A DNA stretch of 64,000 bases, taken from Podarcis vaucheri (Eukaryota). This document shows, in pieces, positions 1-12,800 of the stretch. The translations under genes and the position numbers were made by a program. Within the stretch, counting starts at the first letter, position 1. Every line of letters begins with the position of its first letter. Under the pieces are notes generated by a model that was not told the DNA's origin, made no database searches, and worked only from the letters and a program-made list of their open reading frames with translations. The DNA lies in the NCBI GenBank assembly GCA_965113315.1, contig OZ220364.1; one strand, 5' to 3'.

Positions 1-554
1 CATGATGAGGAAACTAGAAGTGGGGTGCTCAAAGCTGGGGAGACAACTGGAAAAATTATCCCACAGGGGTAGGCAGGGAGAGAAGGAATGGAGGTGAGAG
101 CAGACTTCCCACAAAACAGCTTCCTGGAAAGCATGCAGAATCCAATTCAGGAACTATTTTAGGACTGGTTTAGAAGAGAGACACATTTTTCTTTGGGTTT
201 TCCTCGTGACATTTGTTCCAGTTCAGCAGTAAACAACAGGTTTTCCCAGGGAAAGTGGTGGGACAAAGCAAAAACCTATGGACCTGTTATAACAGAGTGA
301 TACAAAATACTAGAAATCACAGGACAAACGAAAGTGTGGCTGAGCCCTAAGAAGGGGAAATAGACAGGAAAGAAATTAAGAGGGATCGGGATGATAATAA
401 ACTAGAGAAGGATGAGGGAAAAGTACTGAGGGTGCAGGAGATGGGGACTGTGGGAAGGCACAGAGGAATAACAACAAACGGTCAGAACAAGTATAGGATG
501 GAGTTATAATAATAATCCTAATAAGATCACAAAGGATAAGGCAATCAGTGACTA

Positions 555-747
555 CTAGCCATGTTCTGACTTCATGGACAGAGGCAATATGCCTCTGAAT
601 ACCAGTTGCTGGGAATTGCAAGTGGGGAGATGGTTGTTGCACCCAAGGTTCTGGTTGGTGGGCTTTGTGTAGACAACTGGATGGCTTCTTTGTGATCGGG
701 ATGCTGTGCCAGATGGGGCTTATGATTCAGTGGGGTTCTTCTTCTTG
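555..747 (+). mobile_element. Diverged 3' end of a squamate CR1-type LINE/SINE
   Basis: agaggcaatatgcctctgaataccagttgctggg...ggatgctgtgccagatgggg resembles a common lizard repeat as I recall it; not searched. Confidence 0.45.
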
Positions 748-755
748 CCTTATGC

Positions 756-892
756 CAGGCTTCCTCAAACTTGACCCTCCAGATGTTTTTTGGCCTACAA
801 CTCCCATGATCCCTAGCTAGCAGAACCAGTGGTCAGGGATGATGGGAACTGTAGTCTCAAAACATCTGGAGGGCCGAGTTTGAGGAAGCCTG
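756..892. mobile_element. hAT-type MITE
   Basis: TIRs CAGGCTTCCTCAAAC / GTTTGAGGAAGCCTG; perfect 8-bp TSD CCTTATGC (748-755, 893-900); second copy at 56588-56708. Confidence 0.85.
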
Positions 893-915
893 CCTTATGC
901 CTTCATTCCCTACAG

Positions 916-1037
916 TGAAGCATGGGTATGTATTCAAGAAGTGTGACCCAGATGGACAATGGGTGACCACCCCCGAAGGGAAGTCGTTGCGCGATGCTCA
1001 TCAGTGTGTGATGAACAACGAGACCATCTTAGAGCAG
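916..1037 (+). CDS. GCGR: GCGR exon, extracellular domain C-terminal part (122 bp)
   Basis: tacag|TG...CAG|gtgag; [40 protein letters not shown]. Confidence 0.95.
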
Positions 1038-3833
1038 GTGAGAGCATGGCTAGCTAAATGAGTCCTGGGGGCTGTTTGCAAGAACATTCCCCACCTCCGT
1101 TGACTTTGTACTCAACGTACTATACCCATTTTAAACAGCAGATAGATTACCAGGATTAGTACTATCCCTTTGAGGCCTCAAATTGGGTTAAACCACAGAG
1201 CGTAGGACTTGCTGATCAGAAGGTCGGTGGTTCGAATCCCACCGACGGGGTGAGCTCCCGTCGCTCGGTCCCTGCTCCTGCCAACCTAGCAGTTCAAAAG
1301 CACGTCAAAGTGCAAGTAGATAAATAGGTACCACTCTGGCAGGAAGATAAACGGCGTTTCTGTGCGCTGCTGTGGTTCACCAGAAGCAGCTTAGTCATCC
1401 TGGCCACATGACCCGGAAGCTGTACGCCGGCTCCCTTGGCCAATAAAGTGAGATGAGTGCCGAAACCCCGGAGTCGGTCACGACTGGACCTAATGGTCAG
1501 GGGTCCCTTTGCCTTTACTATACCCATTTTAAACAGCAGATAGATTATCAGGATTAGTACTATCCCTTTGAGGCCTCAAATTGTCTCTTTCCTCTCTTTC
1601 TACTTCCAGGAGTGGTTTGCTAAGATCTACGGGAGCTTCAAGGTGATGTACACGGTTGGATACTCGGTGTCCCTCTGCACTTTGATCCTTGCCTTGGCTG
1701 TGCTGCTGGGCTTCAGGTGCCTTGGGAACTGGCCTGGGAGGGGTGAGGGTGATGGTGATGGGGGTGACCACATTAAGGGACAGTGCCCAAAGCAGTGAGG
1801 GGGAGGGAACCGGGAAGTGGGATAGTCAGACCAGGTTTCATTTGATCCTAGAAAGAAGTGGGATGGCTGTAGGTCTGCCTGGAAAGAAGTGAGATGACAG
1901 CTCAGTTGGTTAAAGCATGGTGCTGATAATGCAAGGTTGTAACTTTGATCCCTGTATGGGGCAGCTGCATATTCTTGCATTGCAGGGGGTTGGATTAGAT
2001 GATCCTCAGGGTACCTTCCAACTCTACAATTCTATGCTCCTATCTGGTTGGGTGGAGATGGAGCTCCTTTAATTTGGAAGGGATCCGTCCACACTGGAGA
2101 TGCTGGGAATTGCTCTTTACCTATTAACATATTTGGCAGAAACCAACACTTTGCATGCTTTCTGACCGAGTGAGACAAATGACATACAGTGCAGTTTTGT
2201 GTTTCTTTAAAAATATATTTTATTAGAGAAAGTTGAGGTGGATTCATTCAACCCTCTTTTTTTCACCACATGGTTGTTGCTGATGTTTTACATTTACTCT
2301 GTTGGGTTGATCCGTTTGGGTCCCTAATCGCGTGGCAGGTTCAGCAAGTGCACATACATCAAGACCACAAATTAATTACCTGTCTCAAAAAAAGTATAAG
2401 ATCAGGAATGTCATGGGTCTCTCTGCTAGCAGGCACCAGATAAAAATTATCCCTGTGGTAGAGAAAGCAGCCATGTCAGAATGCAACTTTAGGAAGTATG
2501 CATGTTGCTGTGTACTTGTGATGAAAATATATGACTGTGTGGGTGTGTACTTAGGTCAGTTGAATGAAGTGTGTGTGTGTGTGTGTGACAGAGAGAGAGA
2601 GAAAATATGGCCCTATCTGCACTATATATTTAAAGCAGCATCATAGTCCTTTAAACATCCCCGGTTCTCCCCAAAGCATCCTAGGAGCTGAAAATTAAGC
2701 ATGCTGATAGATATTAGGAGACCCCTTCAGAGAACTACAATTCCCAGAGCTCCCTGGGAAGAGGGATTGATTGTTAAACCTCTCTGGGAGTTGTAGCATT
2801 GTGAAGGGAATAGGGGTCTCTTAACACCACCCATAACAAAGTGCCTTCCTGGGTCACTTTGGCCTGGATTTAATTAAAATATTTTCTGGTCAAATCTGCA
2901 AAATATTTCCAGATTGTCCAGGAGCTCCTGGTAAGCCAAACAACAGTTCATGGGAGAGCAGAGCATGGGTGAATGCGTAGGTGTGGGATGAGGAGCAGAG
3001 TGGAGAACACAAGGCATGGAGGAGCGGGGTGGGGGGTTAGTACAGTGGGGTGAAAGAGAGAGATCAGGGTGCAAGGAGTGGGAGGAAGGTCTGGGAGAGA
3101 GAGGCACTGGCTGCATGGTGCTGGCCATGCTGGACAGGCGTTGTTGACAAGCTCCCTGCTCTCCAGCAAGCTGCACTGCATGCGCAACTACATCCACATG
3201 AACCTCTTCGCCTCCTTCATCCTGAAGGGCATCTCGGTGCTTATCATCGACAAGCTGCTCAACACTCACTTCAACCAGAAGATTGACGACTACAGTGTGG
3301 GTCTTTGGCTGAGTGACGAGGTGAGTTAAACATTCCTGGTTCCCCACCACCACCTTTTTACACTTGTTTTAATTTTCATTTCCTTTGTTCCCTTTCCCCA
3401 GGGAGCATGGAGCTTCAGTTGATTCCCCTCTCCACCACACATAAACAATTATGGTAACACCTGCCTACACTACTTGGTAGCTACACACTAGGCCCCACTC
3501 CCAAGTAGTTGTTTTCACATACAAGTATACCTGAAGGAGCGTCTCCACCTCCATTGTTCTGCCCGGACACTGAGGTCCACCTTCTGGTGGTTCCCTCACT
3601 GCGAGAAGCCAAGTTACAGGAGACCAGGCAGAGGGCCTTCTCGGTAGTGGCACCCTCCCTGTGGAACGCCCTCCCACCAGATGTCAAAGAGAAAAATAAC
3701 TACCAAACTTTTAGAAGACATCTGCAGGAAGCCCCGTTTAGGGAAGCTTTTAATGTTTAATAGATCATTGTATTTTAGTGTTTTGTTGGAAGCTGCCCAG
3801 AGCGGCTGGGGAAACCCAGCCAGATGGGCGGGA

Positions 3834-3884
<51 letters not shown>

Positions 3885-6800
3885 TATTATTATTATTATT
3901 ATTACAAATTCACAAGAGCCAGCAAATAAGGGGGAAAAGACATAGGATGTTTTCTCAGAGCTTTCACAAGGCTTAAGTCAGCTTGTAATGCATCCTTAAA
4001 TCCCAGCAAAACCTAAGTTTGGCGACTATATCATTTCTCTGATGCATCCAGTCATGAGTTAATAACATACCCACAGACTGCAATAGCAATTTCTGGTGTC
4101 TGGAATTAAACTGCTGGAAGGCTGGATCATGTGGGATTGAAGAGTGGCCTCAGGGCTAAGCCCTGCTTCAAATGAAGCCATGCCAATAGCATCCCCAAAA
4201 GCACCTTCTTCAACCCTCCTCTGGTTCAGTACTCACCTTCACTCATGGTTATGGGACCCAGAACCACCACGCTTTGCTCTCACCAAGCAGCCTGAACTAG
4301 CTACACTTCCAAACTTGATCCAAGCCATTGCCTCATTGCCAAGTCCTATACTTTACTGCCACTTGAGACCGAAGCTCCTGTACTGGTGACTTTTGTTTTT
4401 AACGCACCAACCACAGAACTATGGGGAGTAGCAAACTGCTGCCCCCATGCATCTGCCTGCTTAAAGGGACAAGTCCACTTTGTGTTGAAGGTGACCCTGG
4501 GGTTGGGTTGGGGGGGGAGAGCTTCTTGCTGAAAGTTCCCAGACTTTCCTTGCCCTTCTCACTGACCCCTTGCCATTCCCCCAGGCAGCAGCCAGGTGCC
4601 GGGCAGCCACTGTGTTCATGCAGTACGGCATTGTGGCCAACTATTGCTGGCTGCTGGTGGAGGGGCTCTACCTGCACAACTTGCTGGTGTTGGCCGTCTT
4701 CTCCGAGCGCAGCTACTTCAGCCTCTACCTCTGCATCGGCTGGGGTGAGTATATGCAGGGTTGCCAAGGCCCTGGAAAGGACGAGTGACTGAATGTCAGA
4801 GGCACCTTCGCTGGAGCAGAAACAGCAGGGCGAGAGTCACTGAGGGTGGCAGGGAAGGAGAAGCACTGTGGCTGGAGATTGCGCTAATCTGCACCGTTTA
4901 TTATGGCAGGGGTGGGGAAGCTCCACTCCATGGGCCAAAATGGTTTCCCTTGAAAGACGTCAGGTGTGGGGCAGGCAGAGACGCGCTTTGACCAGGGGAT
5001 GTCCTGACTTCAAGTCTGCTGATTAACAGCACTTCAAAGAAATTTGGCTTGTGGGGGGTACGGGAGATAAGGCCAGGATTCCCACCTTCATGCTATGAGG
5101 ACGGGGCATATAACCTCATCTCAGAGTTATGGGATGGGAAGAGTGTGACACAGAAGGTAATGATGGCGACAATGGTCAGTGTTGGATCCAGAGCAGGGCT
5201 GGCCTGTGACGTTTGCCGCTGTAGGCAAATCACCCCAGCAACACCCCCACCTCCATGATGACACCCCCTCTCCAGATCCGGGGGGCCCTGCCCCCTGCCA
5301 TATGTGCACTGCAGCCAGCCCCACCACTACAGCAGGGCTGGACTTGGGTCTTTCAAATTTCAGTGGCGCTCTGTATGAGGCCAAAATTCATCGCACACCC
5401 CCTTCTCTTGCTGCTCAGTTTACCATGTTATACAGTGGTACCTCGGGTTAAGAACTTAATTCGTTCTGGAGGTCCGTTCTTAACCTGAAGCACCACTTTA
5501 GCTAATGGGGCCTCCCTCTGCCACTGTGCCGCCGCTGCACGATTTCTGTTCTCATCCTGAAGCAAAGTTCTTAACCCGAGGTACTATTTCTGGGTTAGCG
5601 GAGTCTGTAACCTGAAGCGTCTGTAACCCGAGCTACCACTGTAGTTGCAAGCCCTGCTGCATCCCCTAGGCTAAGCACCCAGTATGGTGGAGCCAGTCAC
5701 GCTGCCCTAAATCCGTTTGTGACAGCACCTGCACCTGCAATGCTGCCATGATGCAGTGGCAGCAGTGAGGCTGCAGCAATGAGGGCACAGTGGCAGTGGT
5801 CTGTGGCAGTGGCACAGACAAAGCCCCGGCAGGGCTGGCAGCAGCACAGTGGTGGGGCCCAGAGTGTCATTTCAGTGGACTGAAGGACTCTTAATGTTTG
5901 TGGAACGGACTGAGATCCATCAGAAGCTCCCGCTGGAGGAAGGGGGAAAGGGTCATTTTTGCCTATTTCACCCCTCCTCTTCCGCCTCTCACTGTTTTAG
6001 AGGATCCCCTACGCATTCAATTGTTCAGAGTGCACAGGGGGGCTTCAGAGGGAAATAGGAACTGGCAAACATCACCTGCCCCCTGCCTCCAGCAGGAGTG
6101 TCCTGTGAATTGAGTTGTGCTCACAGAAACTCTGAGTCCAAGGCAGATAATGCCTCATTGCTTGACCAACACAGTGCCATTTTACCCAGAGTTTATTCCT
6201 CTAAGTAACAGAGGTGCCTTTGCTTTGCTTTTCTGTACATTTCAAAAAACAACTTTGGAAGAATGATAGCCCCCACAAGCCCTCCTGTGGGTGAGAGACC
6301 TAGATATGCCATTGAATAAGCATGTTGCTTGATCAATGGCTTTCTGCAATCACTGTCTTTTAATGGCAAGAATTAGATTATAAAGTCCCAAGTGCCTTCC
6401 TGGGTAATTTTTGTCTATTAAAACCTTGCATGTTCAAACTTTGCAATGGTTTCAGATTAGCTAGGAATTGTGGGGTTCTGGTGAAGCCAGCATTGAGCAT
6501 CCCTGCCTTACTATTTATTTCCTCTAAAAAGAGAAAATCAAGATATGCCTGCCTGAATGTCAGATTTGACCCTTGTGACTACCAACTACCTACTAAATAG
6601 CTGCCTTCTTTCTTTCCGAGAGTGAGAGACTAAAGGGCAAGCAAGACGTGTTATGAATGATGCATGGGCTGCAATTGAGAAGAGCAACAGCATATTCTCT
6701 CTCGGTTTTCCTGGTAAACATCCAGTAAAAGATAGATGGATGTGATGTCATCATTCTCAGAGTTTGCCAACCCTAGGGATGAGTGAATCAGTCTGTTTGC

Positions 6801-9800
6801 AGCCTGTGTCACTTTTGCAGGCATTCTGCAAGAACACATTAAGCTGCAATTTTAAAACATAATAATTCCACGTGACAATTCACATTTCTTCCCATACAAA
6901 TAGAAGCGTAAGGCTGCTGTCAAGCTGGAGTTCACATGGCCCCCAGTAGGCAGCCAGGCCAACTCCAGCGTAACAGCATGCAGGTAAGTAGGCAAGCAGG
7001 CCATTTGGCAAGTGAGCAGTGCGGGTGGAAAGCGGCCCAGGCAAGGTGTTGAACAGAGGGGAAGAAGTGGTCCACAGAGAGGTTTGACAAACTGCTCTCT
7101 GAAACATCTGTCCCACTCTTGTTAAACATGGCTGCAGGAAAGTTTAACAGGGGGCAGCGGCTTCAGAAAACAGCCTCAGACTTCCTTACTTTAAAAGGTG
7201 GGGTTGGGGTGAGCTTTGAGGGAGGAAAGGAGGGGTGTGGGATGAGCAGGTGGTGGAGCTGTTAGGTGGGACAGGGGTTTGGGGCAAGCTGTGAAGGAAG
7301 GAAAACTGAGGGGATTGGCCAGGGGGTGGGTGAGGTGTCAAGGGAGCGTAGGAGCAGCAGCCCCTAGTCAACACGTAAGCATGTATCTGAACTTAACATT
7401 CTTTCAAAATATGCATTTCCAAACACCTCTTGTCTCAAAATACATATTTCTAAACGTTTCCCCCTCAAAAGACCAATTCTTAAACACATTTGGACACGTG
7501 TTTTGAGGCAAGAGCTGTGCTGGAACATTTGGGAAGTGTGAAAGACGTTGGCCTGGGAGGCACTGTTCAGGTGAGCTCATATCAGAAATAACAGAAACAG
7601 AAGCATGGCAAGCCCCACCTCCTGCACTTCATTGGCTGCTCCTTACAGCAAAGGGGGGGAGACATTTTGGGTACGATAATGACACCGTCTCATCTGTCTT
7701 CTTTCAGTAAACATTACTGGGGAGACATGAGAAGGAGACAGTGCTGTTTTCAGCAATAGTCATCCATCCCTCATGACTAGTAATGTTTGCCCCAAAGGGC
7801 AAGCAGCTCTACATGGAACAGCACATTGTATTGCGGCTAAGGCCATGTAGAGACTGTAGTTTTTGAGGGCATTCTGTTGTTGATGCTTGCAGTCAAAATG
7901 ATCACCCACCCTCTCACCCCCACTATGGTCTCAGATCAAGTAGATTTTTGAGACATTGGAACAGCAGCAGCAGCAGCAACAACAACAACAACCCGATAGC
8001 ATCTATTTGACCAGAGACAACAGTGGGTGAGAGATATTTACACTCTGGATAACAAATGGTTCTTATCATACCATTGCCCAATTGCTAAAGAGCTACTGCC
8101 TGCATGGGGCTTCTGATGCCAACTCTTTCATCTTATCCCTCGGGTAGTCAAGCTAGTGCCCTCCAGAAGTCCTCAGACTCCAGCTCCCACTAGCCCCAAC
8201 CAGCAGGGTGAATGATCAGGGATTATGGGAGTTGTAGTCCAACTAAATTTTGAGGACGCCACTTTGGCTGCCTGCATCTTATCCTATCTACAGTGGTACC
8301 TCAGGTTACAAACATTTCAGGTTACATACGCTTCAGGTTACAGATTCTGCTAATCCAGAAATAGTACCTTGGGTTAAGAACTTTGCTTCTGGATGAGAAC
8401 AGAAATTGCGTGGCGGCGGCACAGCAGCAGCAGGAGGCCCCATTAGCTAAAGTGTTGCTTCAGGTTAAGAAAAGTTTCAGGTTAAGTACGGACCTACGGA
8501 ACAAATTAAGTACTTAACCCGAGGTACCACTGTATCTTAAAAGCAGGCTTAATCCATAAACTGGGCTCCTTTGGGAGGAAGGGTAGGATATAAATTTAAT
8601 AAATAAATATGCTTTTTCACGTTCTGTTTTGAATGTGTCTGACGGTGCTTCCATGTGGCAGTCTATTTTGATATCAGTGCTACACATGCATGCAAGCTTT
8701 GCCCGGTGCCCACACAATGCTGATATTAGGTGTTGTTGTTGTTGTTGTATTGAACAACATAAAAGGAAAAAAAGGTATACTATATCATACGGGATGGCGT
8801 TTTGATGTCATGTGGTCACTGCCCAAAACTTGGTCTACACGAACATCACTGAGTCTGCAGTAAACTCTCCCATAACAATGCCACTTGTGCCTCTTGCTAG
8901 CTGCTTCCTACTAAGCAATTATACAGACACCGTTGTATCCAACGAAGTCATTTCATGAGCAGAATGGCTCCCGCAAACACGATGGGACTTCCCTTCCCTC
9001 TCCTCCCCCTCCACATCCCTGCCACTGCCTGCAGGTCTGCTCTGGAGATTGGGAGAGGGACCTGGAGCAGGTTTGGGAGGAGGGCACAATGCAGTGGGGG
9101 GAAGGAAGTCCCTTCGCAATCTAGAAACGTCCAGGTCTTGCCTGGAAATCTGAGGTTTTGTCTCTTTCCTGTGAAGCCACGCCTAAACCACATGTGCTAT
9201 TATATATATGTGGCAACCAGGCCATGTTGGAATGTCTCTATGTTCATGGAGCCTAGGCTAGGAGACAAGATCTGTCAACCTAGATTGGCCTCTTCACCTA
9301 GAGGATATATAACTCCAAGCAAATTGACTGCAATGAGGATCCCTCGACTCCCTGCACCTCCTGGTAGCATTTAATGAGCCACTGGCAGATCTTGAGTCAG
9401 GATGAATCTAGTGCAGAAACTCTTCTCAGGATAAATTCCTGCCCTGCCAGATAGAGGCTGTTCCTTTTTTAGATATAAATCCTGTCTCTCTTTTTTCTTT
9501 TCTTCCAGGGGCCCCAGTACTCTTCATTGTGCCATGGGTGGTGGTGAAATTTCTTTATGAAAATATTCAGTAAGTTCCAGGACAATGTGTGTCTCTGCTG
9601 TGCAAACTGTTTGTAGGTTATCTGTAATGCTTCTGTCATCGCCAGGCAACTTAACAGATGACATTCCTATGAGGGCTATGGGTGTGAGCAGACCACATTG
9701 CACTAAGTGTGAGCAGTGGGGGTGGGAGGTGCTGCAAGGAAGAGGACAGTGTGCCAGGTCACACTTGTTGCACACGATCCATGGTTTGTTTGTTTCTTTC

Positions 9801-12800
9801 TTTCTTTCTTTCCTGAGATGCTGGAGTACCAATCATAACATGGGGTTCTGGTGGATCCTGCGTTTCCCTGTGTTCCTGGCCATCTTGGTGAGTTCTCTTT
9901 ATTCCTTGCTTGTCTCAGATGCCCACAATGGCTGCCCTTGTCCAACAAAATGCAGAGGGAACAATCATTTTCCTGCCTCCAGCCTTCTTATTTGGTGTTC
10001 CTGAAAAATGAATAGGGCAACCTCCAAGTAATAAAATGTCTAAGGGGCACAATGTGATGCACCTTGTCATGCCAGGGGTAGTGATGAACCAATTTTGGCC
10101 TGAAAGCCACATTAGCCATGTTGGGCACACAGCCCACTTCCTTAACTGATGGATGCAGATCAGCTGAGGGAATTATCAACCCCCTCCATAAAATGATGAA
10201 GTTGATGACAGGGGAGAGGGCACACAGCATCACCACCAAGGTGCTGAGCAGGGCATAGAGGCTTAAACCAGCGCTGTCTCAACTAATTAACTAAATTGTT
10301 TTTTGTGCTGTCAAAATGCTGCCGGGGTGGGGTGAGAAAACATTTCTTTGGGGACCCAATTTAGCCTCCAAGCCTAAGATAAGCCACCCCTGTTGTCCGT
10401 GTTACCAATAACAATGATTTAATATGTATATTATAGATAGCACTTTCCCTAAGCGCTCAAATCACAAAACGTTGTTAGCAAGCATATGTACCAGTGATCC
10501 AGTAAATGCTCTGCAAACCTCTAATCCTATAGCCCCAGTGATGCATAGACATGGTCACAGCCTGGATGGGGCACTTTAGGGACACCTGTGCAAGCCACTG
10601 AGAGCTTATGATGGGTCCAGAATTAATAACAGTAGTAATCATGGCTAAAATTAGACCCTTATTTGCTATGCGTGTCTTTTGACTCTCCTGCAATCCTGCC
10701 TCTTCTTCCCACTCAACCACTCTCTCTCTCTCTCTCTTTCAGATCAACTTCTTCATTTTCATCCGTATCATTCAGATATTGGTCTCTAAGCTCCGTGCCC
10801 ACCAGATGCGCTACACAGACTACAAATTCCGGTACTGGCTCCTGCTCCCACCCTTCCCTGCTCTACAGTGCCATAGCTTTTCCTGGGATGGGAAGCTTCT
10901 ATTACATCCTGATTACGCCATAATTGCCCATGGCATCACAGTGTTCGTAGGTTAGGGGTATCCCTTCCACACATCCATGAGTTTTGGGGATGAGTACACT
11001 GACTTGTGGGTTTTTTTAAATGGCTTTCGATACGAGTCCAGCGGGTTTCTTTTCTTTTCATTCATAAGCCCATTTGTTCCTCCACCAGGTAGGTGGTTCA
11101 TACGGGGTTCGGGCTGAATACTGTGGGATGCTGCTGCCTTTTGCTTGTGATGCATTCTAATTAGCTGATGCCCCATTTAGGCTGGCCAAGTCAACACTGA
11201 CGCTCATCCCGTTGCTGGGAATCCACGAGGTGGTTTTCGCCTTTGTCACCGATGAGCATGCCCAGGGCACGCTGCGCTATGTCAAGCTCTTCTTTGACCT
11301 CTTCCTCAGCTCCTTCCAGGTGAGGCACACCAAAAGCCCATTCTTTGCTCAGGCCCATTCAAAAACCAGAGAGAGAGAGAGAGAGAGAGAGACAAGCCTT
11401 TCTGGTTGCAATTATGATTATTTAACGTGTATAAGACTAGGTTTTTTTCTATAAAAATTATGCTAAAAAGTGGGGGTCGTCTTATACATGGATAGTGCAT
11501 AGGATAGACGTTTGATTGGTTGCTGCCGTGTCTGTCCACGGCTGTTAGATGTGGTTGCTGCGTCAAGGGCTGGTGTTGATTGGCTGAAGCTGGGGCAATT
11601 GGATGGGCGATAGGCAATTTCTGCCTGTGAGGGGACAGATGAGCTCAACAACCCTGTGCAACCCCCCCCCCAAGCGCAATCCTCCCCCCAAAAAGCTCAA
11701 GATGTCTGAGCCATCTCCCCCCATTTTCTTAAATTTGAGTCCCCCAAAATAGGGGGCGTCTTATACATGGAAAAAATACAGTAAAATGGCATTATTCTGA
11801 TTGCCTTCTCTGCCTCTTTAGGGAATGCTGGTGGCCATTCTTTACTGCTTTGTGAATAAGGAGGTAAGTGTGCTCTAAACTGGGGTGGGGGTGTGGTGGG
11901 GGAGGGAGATACAGGACATGCAAGCTGATGCACAAGTAGGTAATGTATGGCAGCAAGGATGATTTCCACCTGTATTATCTGAGTGGTATTGGAGGCATGG
12001 CTGGAGCAAGATGCAATGTCTTTTGAAATACTGTCAGTGATGAGTGACCCACCCAGCTTAACTCAAGTGGTAAGAAGGCAGATGCAGTCAAAGCTCCTCG
12101 TCCGTGTGTGTCTGTCGCCCATGTAACTGGAACTGTGTAAGCAGAACACAACCAGTGCGGAGCTGTTGTTACAAGTACAACGGAATCTGTGCAAGTGTTG
12201 TTGGTTGCATTTGCTTCTTTACGTACCCATTTCTGTTGCAACTGACCAGCTGCACATGGTTTCAGAAAGGGGCATGTGCAATTTTCAGTGGACAGAGCAG
12301 TAAGAGAGGTGGTACTTAGCCCTTACCCCGTCTGATGCTTTTCCACCGCATCCTCCCATCTCCAATATGTCAGATCTTCTCGGCAAAGGTCTAGTCTGCA
12401 CTGCTGATTTTGGAATTTGAGGGTGTCATGTGGCAGGGGGAGATGCAGTAAAAATGGCGGTGGGAAACATTTTAGGCACCCTTCTCCTTGAAAATTTTTC
12501 CCTTCTGAGGTTGCTTTTCACTACATGAAGCACACATGTCCAAATACACGTTTGTACGTAACTTGCAGTTGTGAGCCCTTAAACTGGCTGCATTTCTCAT
12601 ATGCATGAGATTAATACAGAGTTTATTTATAAAGGTTTATAATCCTGCCATTTGTGGCAAAGCAGCCTACAGCGGATAATAATATTTAAAAATACAACCT
12701 CAAGCCAGTAAATAACACATCCTCCCCGCAAATGTTTCTATCTCCATAGGTGCAGTCAGAGCTCATGAAGAAATGGACGCGCTGGAAGCTTGGCTGGGAC

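Noticed and set aside
1186-1260. tRNA-like B box GGTTCGAATCC (and A/B boxes at ~1897-1950)
   Set aside because: Heads of tRNA-derived SINEs; no complete cloverleaf
3681-3929. ORF with poly-Asn/poly-Tyr
   Set aside because: Translation of the (AAT)n/(TAT)n LINE tail
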